DNA of 64,000 bases, from positions 5,642,001-5,706,000 of the forward strand of contig OX597835.1 of NCBI GenBank assembly GCA_951406725.2, read 5' to 3'. Shown one piece after another: positions 26,430-39,549 of this stretch (within the stretch, counting starts at the first letter, position 1; each line of letters begins with the position of its first letter). This DNA comes from Octopus vulgaris. Lineage: Eukaryota. The position numbers were made by a program, and so were the translations under genes. The notes below the pieces were generated by a model. It did no database searches. It saw nothing but the letters and a program-made list of their open reading frames with translations, and had not been told where the DNA came from.

Positions 26430-27508
26430 TGTAAAATATATTTATTGAATCAGTGAATGCTAGTAGACAAAATAGCTGTATAACTTTCACGCTTTCATGA
26501 TATAGTATACCTGTATGACTTTAAAAAAAATTAATAAGTGTTTTGGTTGGTATGACTGTTAGGAACGCTATAAGCCTTACAATAGTAACTATGTGATCGC
26601 TGCTATGTCTAGCAGGCTAAACTTGCTAGGATTACCTTGAAGGTTCTTTAAATTACAGATATATTACAGCTGATGAATTACCGAAAGAAATATTTACTAA
26701 ACAAGTGAGGTTTTTTTATAAATTGAAGTTTCCAGGAAAATTTACTTTCTGAACTTCCTTTTATTCAAGTTCACACATCTAAATATTCGGTACAATATAG
26801 TTTGGCATCCTCTCGCTTGAACCCGCACACTTCGTTATTTTATTTTATTTATCTACTTTTTGCGCGCCGTTTTCAACTCCAAATATTTGCATGTGTGTTT
26901 TTGTATGTACGTTTGTATACATTTATGCATTTGTGTGTGTGTGTGAGAGAGAGAGAGAGACAGAAAGAGAGAGAGTGATTGAAGGGGTATGTTTTCATGT
27001 ATACATACATAAATACATATGCATACATCTTTTTCGTATATATGTGTGCGTGTGTGTGAGAGAGAGACAGAGATATGGGGTGATGTCTAAAGAACACTCA
27101 CTTTTTCCTCCTCTCTCTCTTTCTCATACACATATGTCCATTTCATATACATGTGCATACATCACTCTTTCGTTTTAAAGCAAAATTAAATGAATAAAAT
27201 TTTTTTACGGAAATTAACGAACAAAACCAGCTGTTCATTTTGGCATTATTTACGGGTTCAATCCAAAGGATGACGATAGTTTTTTTACGAGCATTATATA
27301 TACGATCTTTTCATCTCATGTTCATTTCAATTATTATTTGCAACGTCCTCTCTCCCCTTCAGACACACAGGCACACACACACTATTTCTCTAATATAAAC
27401 ACATATACTGTCTCTGCAATATAGACACACACACACACACTCCAGGTTCGACTGACAGAAAACCGCTCGGTGGGCGGTCTTTCTGCTTGTGCATATTATA
27501 CTATATAT

Positions 27509-27540
<32 letters not shown>

Positions 27541-28649
27541 TGTATGAATGTATGTATACATACTTATAACTATGTATGTATGTGTGAGCATGCGTGCATG
27601 TAAGTATGTATGTATGTATGTATAAATTAGATGCGTACGTGTGCTTGTGTGTGCGCATGTATGGAGCTATTTGCAAATCAAAAAAATAATGAACTTGTTT
27701 GAGGGCAGAATGTGTTTAGTTTTAGATTTCAAAGACTGTTTACAACTTGCTAAATGTTTCACGTGGAGAAAGGTACAGCTACGTCCACATTTGCCAGAAT
27801 AGAGAATACAGTCGAAATGACCAATCATACAAGCATACGCATGTGCGCGCACTCAAACTTACAAATGTTTGTGTGTATCTATTTACTGGAAAAGCAGGAA
27901 ATGATCTGAGAAATACAAATATTACACGAAAAATTCTGGACAGAAACCATTGGTTCTAAGTAGCTGAGAACGCTGTAACCTTTGTGTCAGATGAAATGAC
28001 ATCTTTCTCTAAAAATTTACCTAATTAAGTACCAATTGAATTAGTTTTAACCTGCCATTGCCCATGATAAAATTTACAGAATATTTGGTTCCTCGACCTG
28101 CTAAAAACAACAGTTATAACTATCTATGCCTAACTGGTGAAAAATAATTGTGGTTAACGAAGCTGAATGGATTGAGGGCATACGCTTTATCCTTTGGTCA
28201 AGCCCTCACCAATTTTTTCAAGTTCCGCTTGGAAAGGAAAGTGAGGGTGGAGTGGGAAGTTCTCCCTACCAGAGAATTTGTAAAAGCACGAGTGACTGTG
28301 TTTAAAAAGGTGAAGGTGAAATGAAACTATTCTAAGAATGTGCTTGCTGATTAAAGTGCAAGAGTTCAGACATTAATTGTGCCTTGGTGCTCGGAGTAAT
28401 TCTGGGTTTGTTCAGTTTTTTGACTGACTTGAATCGGACACTCCCTCTCATGAGAGAACTGCCCATTGCAATGTTCACATATTTTATAGTCTATGCATGA
28501 TTTTATCTCGTTTCCTCCCCTCTCTTCCTTTCATCTCTCATATTCGTATGTAACCCCTACAAAGATACAAATATAGCAAATTGCTCTTCAAATGTTCCCC
28601 TCGTTAAGTGCACCTGTGACAAAAACTCATTATTTTCATAAAACAATAT

Positions 28650-28656
28650 GTTGTTG

Positions 28657-28709
<53 letters not shown>

Positions 28710-28756
28710 AACTATTATTATTATTACTATTCTTCTTCTTCTTCTTCTTCTTCTTC

Positions 28757-28803
<47 letters not shown>

Positions 28804-29095
28804 AATAACTATTATTATTACTATTCTTCTTATTATTCTTCTTCTTATTATTATTATTATTATTATTATTATCATTATTATTATTAATAACTATTATTAT
28901 TACTATTCTTCTTCTTCTTCATCTTCTTATTATTATTATTAATAACTATTATTATTACTATTCTTCTTCTTCTTCATCTTCTTCTTCTTATTATTAATAA
29001 CTATTATTATTAATAACTATTATTATTAATAACTATTATTATTACTATTCTTCTTCTTATTATTATTATTATAATTATTATTATTATTACAATTA
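28650..29095. repeat. (TTA)n/(TTC)n compound microsatellite with repeated taataactattatt unit
   Basis: Direct inspection. Confidence 0.9.
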
Positions 29096-29849
29096 TATCA
29101 AATATATATATAGAGAGAAAGAGAGAGTGAGAAAGTGAGAGAGTCTGTGTGTTCAATCCCTACGCGTACACTTACACACACGCACATATATATATATATA
29201 TATATATATAGTTATACATATGTTTGCTTTCTTGATAACCATTCTCCGCCGTTCCATTGTCATGATACGATTGATAAATAGCTTCGAGGAATCCGAAACA
29301 AATCTTCCATACAAAGTAGCGTAGACCTCAATATTTTTCTTAAAAAATTTAATATTTCTGTTGACAGAGAATCATAAGGTCATCCACAAAATAAAGAATC
29401 CTTCGGGAGATATAAGTACCTCATCAATTTCAGTTGCTTTCTGGTGAAATTTTACACCGAAATCTTGCAGAGATTCATCATAAATTTGGATGCACAAAAC
29501 GCCTTCCCTTCACAATGGCTGGCTTGCATAGACCATTATAAAGATGACTGACAAACCGACCTGGGTATTGCTCAGCCCGCTAGAAATAGCAACCAGATCG
29601 CGCTCTGAAATCGTAACTTATCTTCTGAGGTGTTAGGTGGGTTGGGAAAGAACACGTAAGATGATACGAATCTGGATAGACTGTGCCGAGAAAAAAATTG
29701 TCACAGAATAGTGGTCACGGTTGACCGTAGATCGGCTGAACAGCGATGACATGGAAATAGGTTATGTGAAAAATATATAGCAACAACAACAACAACATTG
29801 GCAAAAGAAATAGTCCCCGAAATAGGCTGGCCTTTTGCCAATGCTGTTG

Positions 29850-30120
29850 TTGAGACCGACAGAGACTATGGATATTATGCATCCATGTCGGTCTTAGGCT
29901 CAGCTCTATCTCTCCCGCCTGTTGGTAAGGCCTGAAGAATCCATCTCGCAATTCTTTCTAGCGCCATTCTAATTACATATTCGTAGTACCAGATCCATGG
30001 CTCCTCAATGCAGAGAGGAAGCGACTCGACCGAGAGAGACTCCCTGATTTTCAAGCTAAACATTCTGTCAAATAACTTTACCCCAGAGACCCTTCCAAAG
30101 AACCCCATTTCGGCCTCGTG
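29850..30120 (-). mobile_element. RTE-clade LINE C-terminal fragment
   Basis: EAEMGFFGRVSGVKLFDRMFSLKIRESLSVESLPLCIEEPWIWYYEYVIRMALERIARWILQALPTG matches RTE 'AEMRFLRR..G....DR.R...IRE.L.VE...QLRW.GHV.RM'. Confidence 0.75.
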
Positions 30121-31256
30121 TTCTCGATCGTATCTTTTCGGATATTCATGACGGCAAGTGAGGATAGGCACGTAAATCGAATTGAAGAAAGACGAGTTGA
30201 GGGGAACGCCGTTAAAAGTAATGAAAAAAAGCAAGAATCTGGTTCCGGGGTTGACATTTTTAATCTCTTCGCTGATAATCTGCCGTCTTATACTATTGCA
30301 ACTGAATTTCGTGGTCACCAAAAGGTCGTCAAAGACTTGTGTGTGTGTGTGTGTGTGTGTGCGAGTATGTATGTATGTGTGCGTGTGTGTGTATGCATGT
30401 GTGTCTGCGTATACACTCACACACACACACACACACATATATATGTACATAAACGGGAAATAGTTTTAAAGTGTAAATATTCATTTACAAAATAAATTAG
30501 TTCAAACAGTTTTGTTTTGGCAAGAAATCCTTCTTTGTTTAATAGACGTTATTTTAGACGAGAATTCGGACAATTAAAATAATTGAAGAATAATGAAGAA
30601 GAATGAAGAACGTGCTGAATAATTGAGTGGATATGAAGTTGAGTGTGTTAAATAATTAGACTAACTATGAAGTACCATACCCGTTTGTAAACGATGACAA
30701 CTCTGGCAAATTAACACCAGAGAAAGGTAAACAAAATTGGTGAAAATGTTCCGTAATGATAGAATTAATGTTTTCTTAGTCAGCATTCTAAAGAAGTTTT
30801 GAAATCTGCAGTAGAAATTCAATTAATTCTATAGAATCGCTCTAACCTAAACGAATAAAAAGTTTGGTCACCGTACACAAGTAAAATTCCCCAAACAAGG
30901 CGACGACGGGGATTAGAAATTACATGTGAGAGTGGAATTAATTTGGTCACCTCTTGAAACAGACTAACACACACTAACATACACACGCACATAAATAAAC
31001 AAACACACGTATGTATATGCACATGTATATAATATTGCTTTGGGACTTCCCCTTTAACAGCTTATTCAGCAAGTCTGGTTAAATTTTCCGTTAAAGGTGA
31101 AACTTCAAGTTCCAATCAACCAATAAATGTTATTCCATTAAATTCCTCGCGTCCCAACATTACGAAATGCTTCGTTGGTTTTTCAATAAGTTAACAACAA
31201 TACCAAATACTAAAACATACATATGTAGAAATAGAATTACATGCATTTATGCGTAC

Positions 31257-31315
<59 letters not shown>

Positions 31316-31481
31316 ATTTCATACATACCTATACATATCGATATGTATTTGTGTGCGTGTGTGTGCGTGTGTGTGTCTGTGTGTCTGTGTAGAAGGTTGA
31401 AAAGGAACACATGAGTTGATATGTATAAGGAAAATAAGACAAGGTAAAAAATTCTAAAACAATTTTATCACGAAGAACATT

Positions 31482-31519
31482 TTAGTACCGGTTTCAGACT
31501 TTGCGTCTTTTCCAACTAA
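31482..31519 (-). ncRNA. Degenerate minimal hammerhead-like motif
   Basis: Minus strand: TTAG-TTGGAAAA-GAC GCAAA GTC-T-GAA-ACCGGT-A-CTAA. All three stems are present but the first core box is degenerate. Confidence 0.35.
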
Positions 31520-31934
31520 GAGTAAAGCATGAAAAACAATTAAAATGTGGAAAAATAAAATGAAATGCTTTTTAAAAATATTTCCATAGTTTTCATATTT
31601 AAGGGACATTTTCCTTTTTTTTCTCTCTGTCTCTGTCTCTCTCTATTTTACTCGTGTGAGCTCTAAGTAGTAGACAGCCAATAGTAGTAGTTTGATATGA
31701 ATTTTTGTTTTTGATTGTTTAAGCAGCAGTAGTAGTCGAGAAAGGAGGCGAAGAAGAAGAAGAAGAAGAAGAAGAAGAAGAAGAAGAAGAAGAAGAAGAA
31801 GAAGAAGAATACGGGAGTGGTATGACAGTAGCAGGATGTTGGTGGAATCCTCTTAAATGATCAAGTGACCTAAAAGTGACCCGTTGTGCTTGAAATATTA
31901 GTGATTGGAATAATTGTTCTGAATAAGTTCAAGA

Positions 31935-31976
<42 letters not shown>

Positions 31977-32267
31977 TGTGTGTGTGCGTGTGACATATGC
32001 CATCAGAGTGTGTTAGATAACTCAGATGGCAGAGACAACACTTTTTCAGATATTCACTCATAAGTTTTGCAGGTTAGCGTCATCTCGCCGGTTCTGAACC
32101 CTATGCATCGTTAACTTATTGAACCGTGAACGTTTGGTGACCGTTTGCAGAATAGGAGTAGAACCGAGGACAGTGCTGTGACACCTGTTTGCTAACCTGA
32201 AGTGAAGTCTTCAATCCATAGGTAGTAGGGTGTTCATTTCCATTTGCCAATACTTTTTGTTGACCTA

Positions 32268-32541
32268 GGCGGAATTTGAACTCAGAACGTAGCGGCAGAC
32301 GAAATACTTATTTCTTTACTACCCACAAGGGGCTAAACATAGAGAGGACAAACAAGGACAGACAAACGGATTAAGCCGATTATATCGACCCCAGTGCGCA
32401 ACAGGTACTTATTTAATCGACCCCGAAAGGATGAAAGGCAAAGTGGACCTTGGCAGAATTTGAACTCAGAACGTAACGGCAGACGAAATACCGCTAAGCA
32501 CTTCGCCCGGCGTGCTAACGTTTCTGCCAGCTCGCCGCCTT
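32268..32541 (-). mobile_element. SINE family B (full copy plus start of a tandem partial copy)
   Basis: Reverse complement of 61461-61740. Confidence 0.9.
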
Positions 32542-33039
32542 ACAATCAACTAATACCATTCTATGTCTTATACTAATGCCGCTCTATTCCCTCCGCCGCC
32601 TTCCTATAAGAAGCTAAAACCTCATTATGCCCCTTACTTCTGTCCTTCCCCCTTCCCCCATCCTCCACCCGAACCCCAATCTTTGTCACCTCCTACCTCT
32701 GTCGAATAACATCACCTCTTGCCCCCGCCTACGTCGACTCCTCCCACCACTACAATGTAATCTCCTTCCACTGCATCTACCTGATGCCGTTTCCTCCCAC
32801 CACTGGTATGTTGTATGTCTCCCCTCCTTACCTCTACTCTTTCCTATCTCCTCCCACCACATCTATCATATGTTATACCCTTCCTCCCACTCTCTCTCTC
32901 TCCCCCTCCCGTCTATTTCCTTCTTATCCATCAATGCCACGTAATGTCCACTCATTCTTCACATCAGCTAATATTCTTAAAACCGACGTCTGCCAGTGTA
33001 TGTGTGTGTGCGTATATACGTAACTCCTTACGAGCCTGT

Positions 33040-33069
<30 letters not shown>

Positions 33070-33079
<10 letters not shown>

Positions 33080-33272
33080 GGTGTGTGTAGGAGTATGCGT
33101 GTACATGTGCATGCATATGTGTGTGTGTGTGTATGTGTGTGGGGTGTGTGGTGTGTGTGTGTGTAGGAGTATGCGTGTACATGTGCATGCATATGTGTGT
33201 GTATGTGTGTGTGTATGTGTGTGGGGTGTGGGTGGGTGTAGGAGTATGCGTGTACATGTGCATGCATATGTG
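33070..33272. repeat. Three copies of an approximately 76-bp minisatellite with core gtgtaggagtatgcgtgtacatgtgcatgcatatgtg in TG-rich DNA
   Basis: Core seen at about 33085, 33161 and 33236. Confidence 0.85.
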
Positions 33273-33749
33273 CTTGTATGTGTGTGTATGTATGCGTGTG
33301 TATGTATGTGTGTGTATGCGTGTGCAGCACCTACGCGTGTGCGTATTTATGCCTGTTGTGTACGGTCAGCGGCATGCCGGCGAATATGTGTATTTTACTT
33401 CCAGTGTGTCTGTGTATGTGTGTGTGTATGTGTGTGAGTGTGTATGTGTGTGTGTGTCTGTGTGTGTGTCTGTGTGTGTGTCTGTGTGTGTGTCTGTGTG
33501 TGTGTGTAATTATGAGCGTACGTATCCTTATATCTTTATGTGCATCTGTGTGTGCATGTATACATATATGTGTGAGAGAGAAAGAGAGAAAGAGAGACAG
33601 ACAGACAGAATGGGAGAAAGCATGTGTGTATATGTTTTTGTATAGTAATGTGTGTACATTTTCGTATGTATTACGAACGTTCATCTTTATTCCTCTCTCT
33701 CTCTCTATCTCTCACTTTTCTTCTCGCGCTCTCTCTTTCTCTCTCTCTC

Positions 33750-33786
<37 letters not shown>

Positions 33787-33906
33787 GTTTGTGTCTTTGG
33801 CATACACAGGTATGAGAGCATGTAACTGCATATCAGTGTATTTGTAATCCTGAGCCAGCATCATGAGTGTATATATACATATATACATACATACACACAC
33901 ACACAC

Positions 33907-33957
<51 letters not shown>

Positions 33958-34109
33958 ATTTTCTTTTCACCTTACAAATCTTGAAAAGTCACATTGAATT
34001 AATATATATATATTTTATTAATTTTTCAAAATTTTCCATTTTCCATACACCCATTTTCATTAACATTTCCCGTAAATTTAGCATTCTGCCCTTTTATAAT
34101 TTTTCCTTG

Positions 34110-34148
<39 letters not shown>

Positions 34149-34405
34149 GGATTTGGACACACACGCCCACACACACACACATATATATATATGTGTGTAT
34201 AAATAAATATGCATGTGTATGTGTATGCATCACATGCTACATGTTTATATACATGCGTCTGTATGTGCGTTCATGAATGAACGTTCCTGCGCGGAAAGAC
34301 ATACATTTGTACAGCAGGTGCTCACGTGAACTCCGTGTAAATATGTGAGTATAGGAATATGTAGGTGAATGCAGGTATATATAAATATATGTATTGTATG
34401 TATAT

Positions 34406-34510
<105 letters not shown>

Positions 34511-34513
34511 TAG

Positions 34514-34562
<49 letters not shown>

Positions 34563-35774
34563 AGTGTGTGTGTGTGTGGGAATGCATATATAAAAACATA
34601 TATATATATACATACATACATAGATACATACATTCACACACATATACATACATCATGTGTGTATATGTGTAACCGAGCATGTGTGTGTGTATTAGTGCAT
34701 GGTATTAGTGTATGCGTGTGTGTATACATGTGCATATATGCGAGTGTGCGTTTGTGCCTGTTGCGTATGTTTGCGTATATGTATGTGTGCGTGTGCTTGT
34801 GTGTGTGTTCGTTCAAATAAATGCTTCAAATTTTCCTTTTCCAATAAATCAAGTAAAAACAAGAATTTATCCAAATACAAGCGAAATTCTTCCCATAATT
34901 CTTTCCTTCTTTCTTCTTCTGATGTCTGTTGAGATAGTTTCTTCTTTGAAACCTGCTCAATGGGTACATGTCAAACGTTATGGCATAATTGCCATTTCTA
35001 AGAATCGCCACGCATTCTTTCTTCTGTTATTTCAGTCAGCAGAAATATCTCCATTCCATCATTGCATGGCCTGACATCAATCCATTACTATCTTTACCAT
35101 TTTCTTTGCAGTGCATTATTAATGAGCCAACCCATACATACATACTCTCTGATGCTTCCATTACTTCCTGCCTAATGGCACCAACAGCATCAATTCTGTA
35201 TCACTGACAACCCCAACTCCCCACTCTTTCTCTTCCCCCCTTATTCTTCGTATTCAAGCATCAGTAGGAGATGCTGCAACATACACAACAGCTTGCTGCA
35301 GAGCTCATTTCCAGAGGCAATTGCAAAAATAATTCTAAGAAACAGATGGTACCAAACGAAGAGAATAAACTATTTCAAAGTGGATTCCAAATAACAAAAA
35401 TGGTAATTCTTTAACAAATTTGCTCTTTCGTTCCGAGCAGCAAATAACCTGACGAAACTGGCATTATGACATCTTATCGTCAAATCGTAGAACACCTGCC
35501 TTGCCGGATTTGTATCGTTCCTTTACATTCTGGGTTCAAATCCAGCTGAGATCAGTACGACCTCTCATACATCTGAGGTTGATGAAATAAAGTTCCGTTG
35601 AAGTATAATGGTAGATTTAATTGTCTAACATCCTTTTTTTTTTAGTTTTATGATCTTCAATTTTCTTACTTTTATCGTTAGAAACACATTTTCTGGAACA
35701 TTTCTCTTAAGCTGGGATAATTCATTCATTATGTTATTGTTGTTGTTGCTGCTGCTGCTGCTGCTGTTGTTGTA

Positions 35775-36025
35775 AAGCAGTGAGCTGGCGGAATTTTGAA
35801 GACGCCGACAAAATGCTTAGCGGTATTTCGTCCATCTTGATGTTCTGAGTTCAAATTCCACCGAGGTCGACTATGCCTTTGATCCCTTTCGGGGTCCATA
35901 AATTAAGTACATTTCTTGTCTTGTGCTTATAGTAGAATGGGTTGTTGTTGTTGTTGTAAAACTGTGAGCTGGCAGAATTGTTAGGACGCCGGACAAAATG
36001 CTTCGCAGTATTTCGTCCATCTTAG
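35775..36025 (+). mobile_element. Two tandem 5' fragments of SINE family B
   Basis: gtgagctggc(g/a)gaatt...aaaatgctt..ggtatttcgtccatctt occurs twice. Confidence 0.75.
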
Positions 36026-36027
36026 CA

Positions 36028-36371
36028 TACCATTAAGACTATTCTGCATAGACCTGAATAAGTGGAAATCCGAAGGAGCAATATCTGGTGAATATGGAGG
36101 GCGGGGTAACACATCCCAGTCGAGCTGCAGCAATTTTTGTCTGGTTCCCAAAGCATCAAGTGCCGAAAATGAACTTTCTTATCTTCCATTTTAAAGGATT
36201 ACAGAATTAACACAGTTTATAGGAACATAAACCTTCTTCCACGAAAAGATAGCTTAATCTGTGCTCTAAATGGAGGTGTAGTCAAATCCTATTTCATGGA
36301 CTCAACCATATTCTAAAATGAGTCGAAAGGTAAGCTACTATAAATCGGCATGAACTTTCCGAACAACCCAA
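36028..36371 (-). mobile_element. Partial copy of the internally deleted mariner at 58565-59077
   Basis: One TIR (aaatcggcatgaactttccgaacaacccaa|TA) and the same internal sequence, including the PPYSPDIAPSDF-coding segment. Confidence 0.85.
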
Positions 36372-37749
36372 TACAATCAAAAGCGTTCCCGTCGCGAATA
36401 TCCCATAATTTAATATCTTTACGACTACATTATCCAATCTATCTTTAAAACAAACTTATAAACATAATTGTAAAATATGTTTTGGTAACTGTAAAGCCGT
36501 ATGTTGTGTAATTAGTTGTATAGTTCAATATATATATATTATCAAAACAGTAAATAATTGTTATACAGTACTATGTATTAAATACTGAGTAAACGGAAAA
36601 ATTTTGACATATTTACCCCAATAAATCAACATTATTCTCATGAACTATAGTTGGTTTATGCAACTTCTGTGGACTGATAACTAAAAAAAAAAAAAAAAAC
36701 CCGCTGACAACGTAGTGAAGTTGATGATGGCATGTCTTGTGTCCCTTGAAATTTTAACTGGAGGTTAAAGTTGTTGATTGTTTCAGGAATGGGAAGGGTT
36801 CACAACAGCCTGACGTTTTCGAGACTGACTATACTAAAAGCGAAGTCTTCAGTTGTTCCCCAATTAAAACTGGGTCGTGGTTCTTGTTACTGTTGTGGTT
36901 CCTATTACTGTTGTTGTTGTTATTGTTGTTGTTGTTGTCGTATTGTTACTTAGCACTAATTAAGCAAATCCAAGAACTAATGATGAAGAGCAATTACGCG
37001 GTAATTATCACGTTTTTGTCACTGTGTGCTACATCAGTACCGTTGCAAATCTCTTTCTTATATTAAAACAGAGAAAGCGATTTTGGCTGGTATGTTTAGC
37101 AGGTCGAGAGAGCGCAGTGTGACATTATCGTTGGCTCAAAAACTTGGTCGTTAACAGTACAAGTATTTCTATTGGATAAACATCTTCTCACCTCGCGTTT
37201 GTATGTGTTGCCAAGCAAATAAAACTAATTCTTCGTGACTTCATTCATTTACATAACATTTCCCTGACATTTTCTTCATTAACTCAACATATTTGGTCGT
37301 CGACGTAAGAATCCAAGCAAACATGGTGAGAGATAAACATAAATTCTTCTGCAAGGCAGTCTTACAAAGCATCCTATGGTGTTCGAATTAATCAAATTAG
37401 TTGGTACAAAGATGCTCAGCCAACATTATTCTATGTGTTCAAAGAAGTAAATGAATTGTGTAATCTTACAGCCAAATGCGTTTATTATGTCGGTAGCCAT
37501 GATGTTGGTTTGTAACAGAACTTCCGGTATGATGATATGAAACATCAAAGCTCGTGCCGTTTATTATTTCCCCCCTTTAAATTGTTTCTGTCTGTGGACT
37601 GCGACCAAGCTGGAGCACCGCTGTGCAGATTCTTAAATTATATAGACTCTGCCCCCGTTGGTTGGTCTTGAATACGTTTTAGCGATTTCTGATATATAAA
37701 CAAATTTGGTTATATTTCTTGTAATTTTTTAAAATTTATAGCGATATAA

Positions 37750-37788
<39 letters not shown>

Positions 37789-37806
37789 TATATATACATG
37801 TTATTA

Positions 37807-38661
37807 TCTATTATATAAGAGTCAATGTCTGTGTATTCGTGCGTTCGTGTCTTACTTATAGACTCGAAAATTACAAGACCGACCCTAATGAAATTTGGAG
37901 CACAAAATCCAAGCCTAGGGAGAAGGGTAATGCCGTATGTTTCATACAATTCTGAGAGGGCATAAAGGGGGACAGAATCCCCGTGAAAATTCAGATGCTT
38001 CGGATTTTGATGAAATTTGAACCATAAGTATTAGAAATAAATTTAGAAATATACCCAAAATTTCCATTTCTTTGGATGATTCAAAAACCCCCTGATGTGG
38101 GCTTAACCCCGCCAGATTTTAGTCATTTTTCATGAACCAAAATTACTGAATGGATCCTTATGACATTTGGAACTTAGATTCAATACATAAGGGCGGGTAG
38201 AATGCAGTATGTTTAATTTGAATTTGAGGGTGTCGAAAGGGGCAGGACCCAACCCCCATGAAAATTCATAAATTTCCGATGTTGATGAAATTCTAACAAT
38301 AGGTAATTGACACAAATCAAGAAGTATTCGCAAAGTTTCCACTTCTCATGAGGATTCTATGACCCCATAATGGGGGCCTTAACTCCCAAATTTTAGTAAT
38401 TTTTTTATGATCGAAATCAAAGTCAAAAGTACTGAATGGATCTTTATGAAATTTGCAAATTATATTCAAAGCATTAGGGCGGATGTAATGCAGTAAATGT
38501 TCAAAAGTGAGGAGGCATAAATGAGGCCATAACCCCCATGAAAATCCATATATTTTTGCAGTTAATGAAACTTTAATTAGGCACAAATGAAGTAATATTC
38601 CTAAAATTTCAGGAGGTTAGTAAGACCCCTTAATGAACAATGTATGCCGGCCGCCCCAGAG
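37807..38661 (+). mobile_element. Helitron-like non-autonomous element with internal diverged tandem duplication
   Basis: Starts A|TCTATTATATAAG and ends near aacaatgtatgccggccgccccagagt (degenerate 3' end). Internal repeats actgaatggatc.ttatga.atttg and aacccccatgaaaat recur about 285 bp apart. Confidence 0.5.
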
Positions 38662-38848
38662 TGCGAACCAAAAACAATCTATTCGCATTTGCCCCGCAAG
38701 GTAAAACCAAAAATATTGTCTACAGAGAGGTTTTATACTCAGTTATTACAAATGCAATTTTACATTAATCTGAAGGGCTACCCAATAATTTTGTAGATTT
38801 CAAGTTCATTATCCATTAAGAATATATAGGTATATATACACACATATT

Positions 38849-38902
<54 letters not shown>

Positions 38903-38904
<2 letters not shown>

Positions 38905-39113
38905 ATGGAGTCGAACGAAGATGTTAACAAAAATCCTCATGTAGGCAATCATCGAAATTTTTGTTTGTCTTGTTGTTGAGAGAGGCTCCTTTTCTTTCCT
39001 GATGAGAAGATTGCATAATGCACCCTTTATTCCTTTGGAATAAAAATATGCTGTCTTCGAAACATGTGTCGAGAGTAAAGGATTTTTGTTAACATCTTCG
39101 TTCGACTCCATTC
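38903..39113. repeat. Perfect 35-bp inverted repeat enclosing a hammerhead
   Basis: 38903-38937 (gaatggagtcgaacgaagatgttaacaaaaatcct) is the exact reverse complement of 39079-39113. Confidence 0.92.
38994..39075 (+). ncRNA. Type-I hammerhead ribozyme with extended stem II
   Basis: CTTTC-CTGATGA-GAAGATTGCATA...TTTATTCC TTT GGAATAAA...TATGCTGTCTTC-GAA-AC ATGT GT-C-GAGAG. The core is canonical, stem II starts with G-C, and a GUC site is predicted after 39070. Confidence 0.75.
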
Positions 39114-39274
39114 GTTCATTTATTCATATACAACACACACATTTCTACACATGAACGCGGAGTTTCTACCCTTGACAGGTCGCTTCAACCGTGTTTCTGA
39201 CGTGAATTTGCTACCCAGGTTTCGATTGAACGAATTTTCCATGCTGACAATAAACATAGGATAATTCATTCATC

Positions 39275-39311
<37 letters not shown>

Positions 39312-39334
39312 GTATGTATGCATGTATATATATA

Positions 39335-39549
39335 CAGGGTGACCCAAAAGTAGGTTTACAGTTATCACGTAGGCACTTTAAATTTCTTTTAAAACATTTT
39401 ATTACATTTAAATTTCTATCTTACAATTAACCAAATTAGCAAAGAATAACAGTTTCATATTTTTTTTTTATAATTAAGATCTAAACTGTTAATATATGAA
39501 TGCGAAAGACAAAGTTGAATAACTGTAAACCTACTTCTGGGCCACCCTG
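39335..39549. mobile_element. Tc1/mariner-superfamily MITE
   Basis: About 31-bp TIRs CAGGGTGACCCAAAAGTAGGTTTACAGTTAT / ATAACTGTAAACCTACTTCTGGGCCACCCTG, flanked by TA on both sides. Confidence 0.88.

Noticed and set aside
26670-26695. CTGATGA-ATTACC-GAAA hammerhead-like spacing
   Set aside because: No stem I, II or III pairing.
32627-32944. Pro/Leu/Ser-rich 105-aa ORF
   Set aside because: It arises from a C/T-rich low-complexity tract and resembles no recognisable protein.
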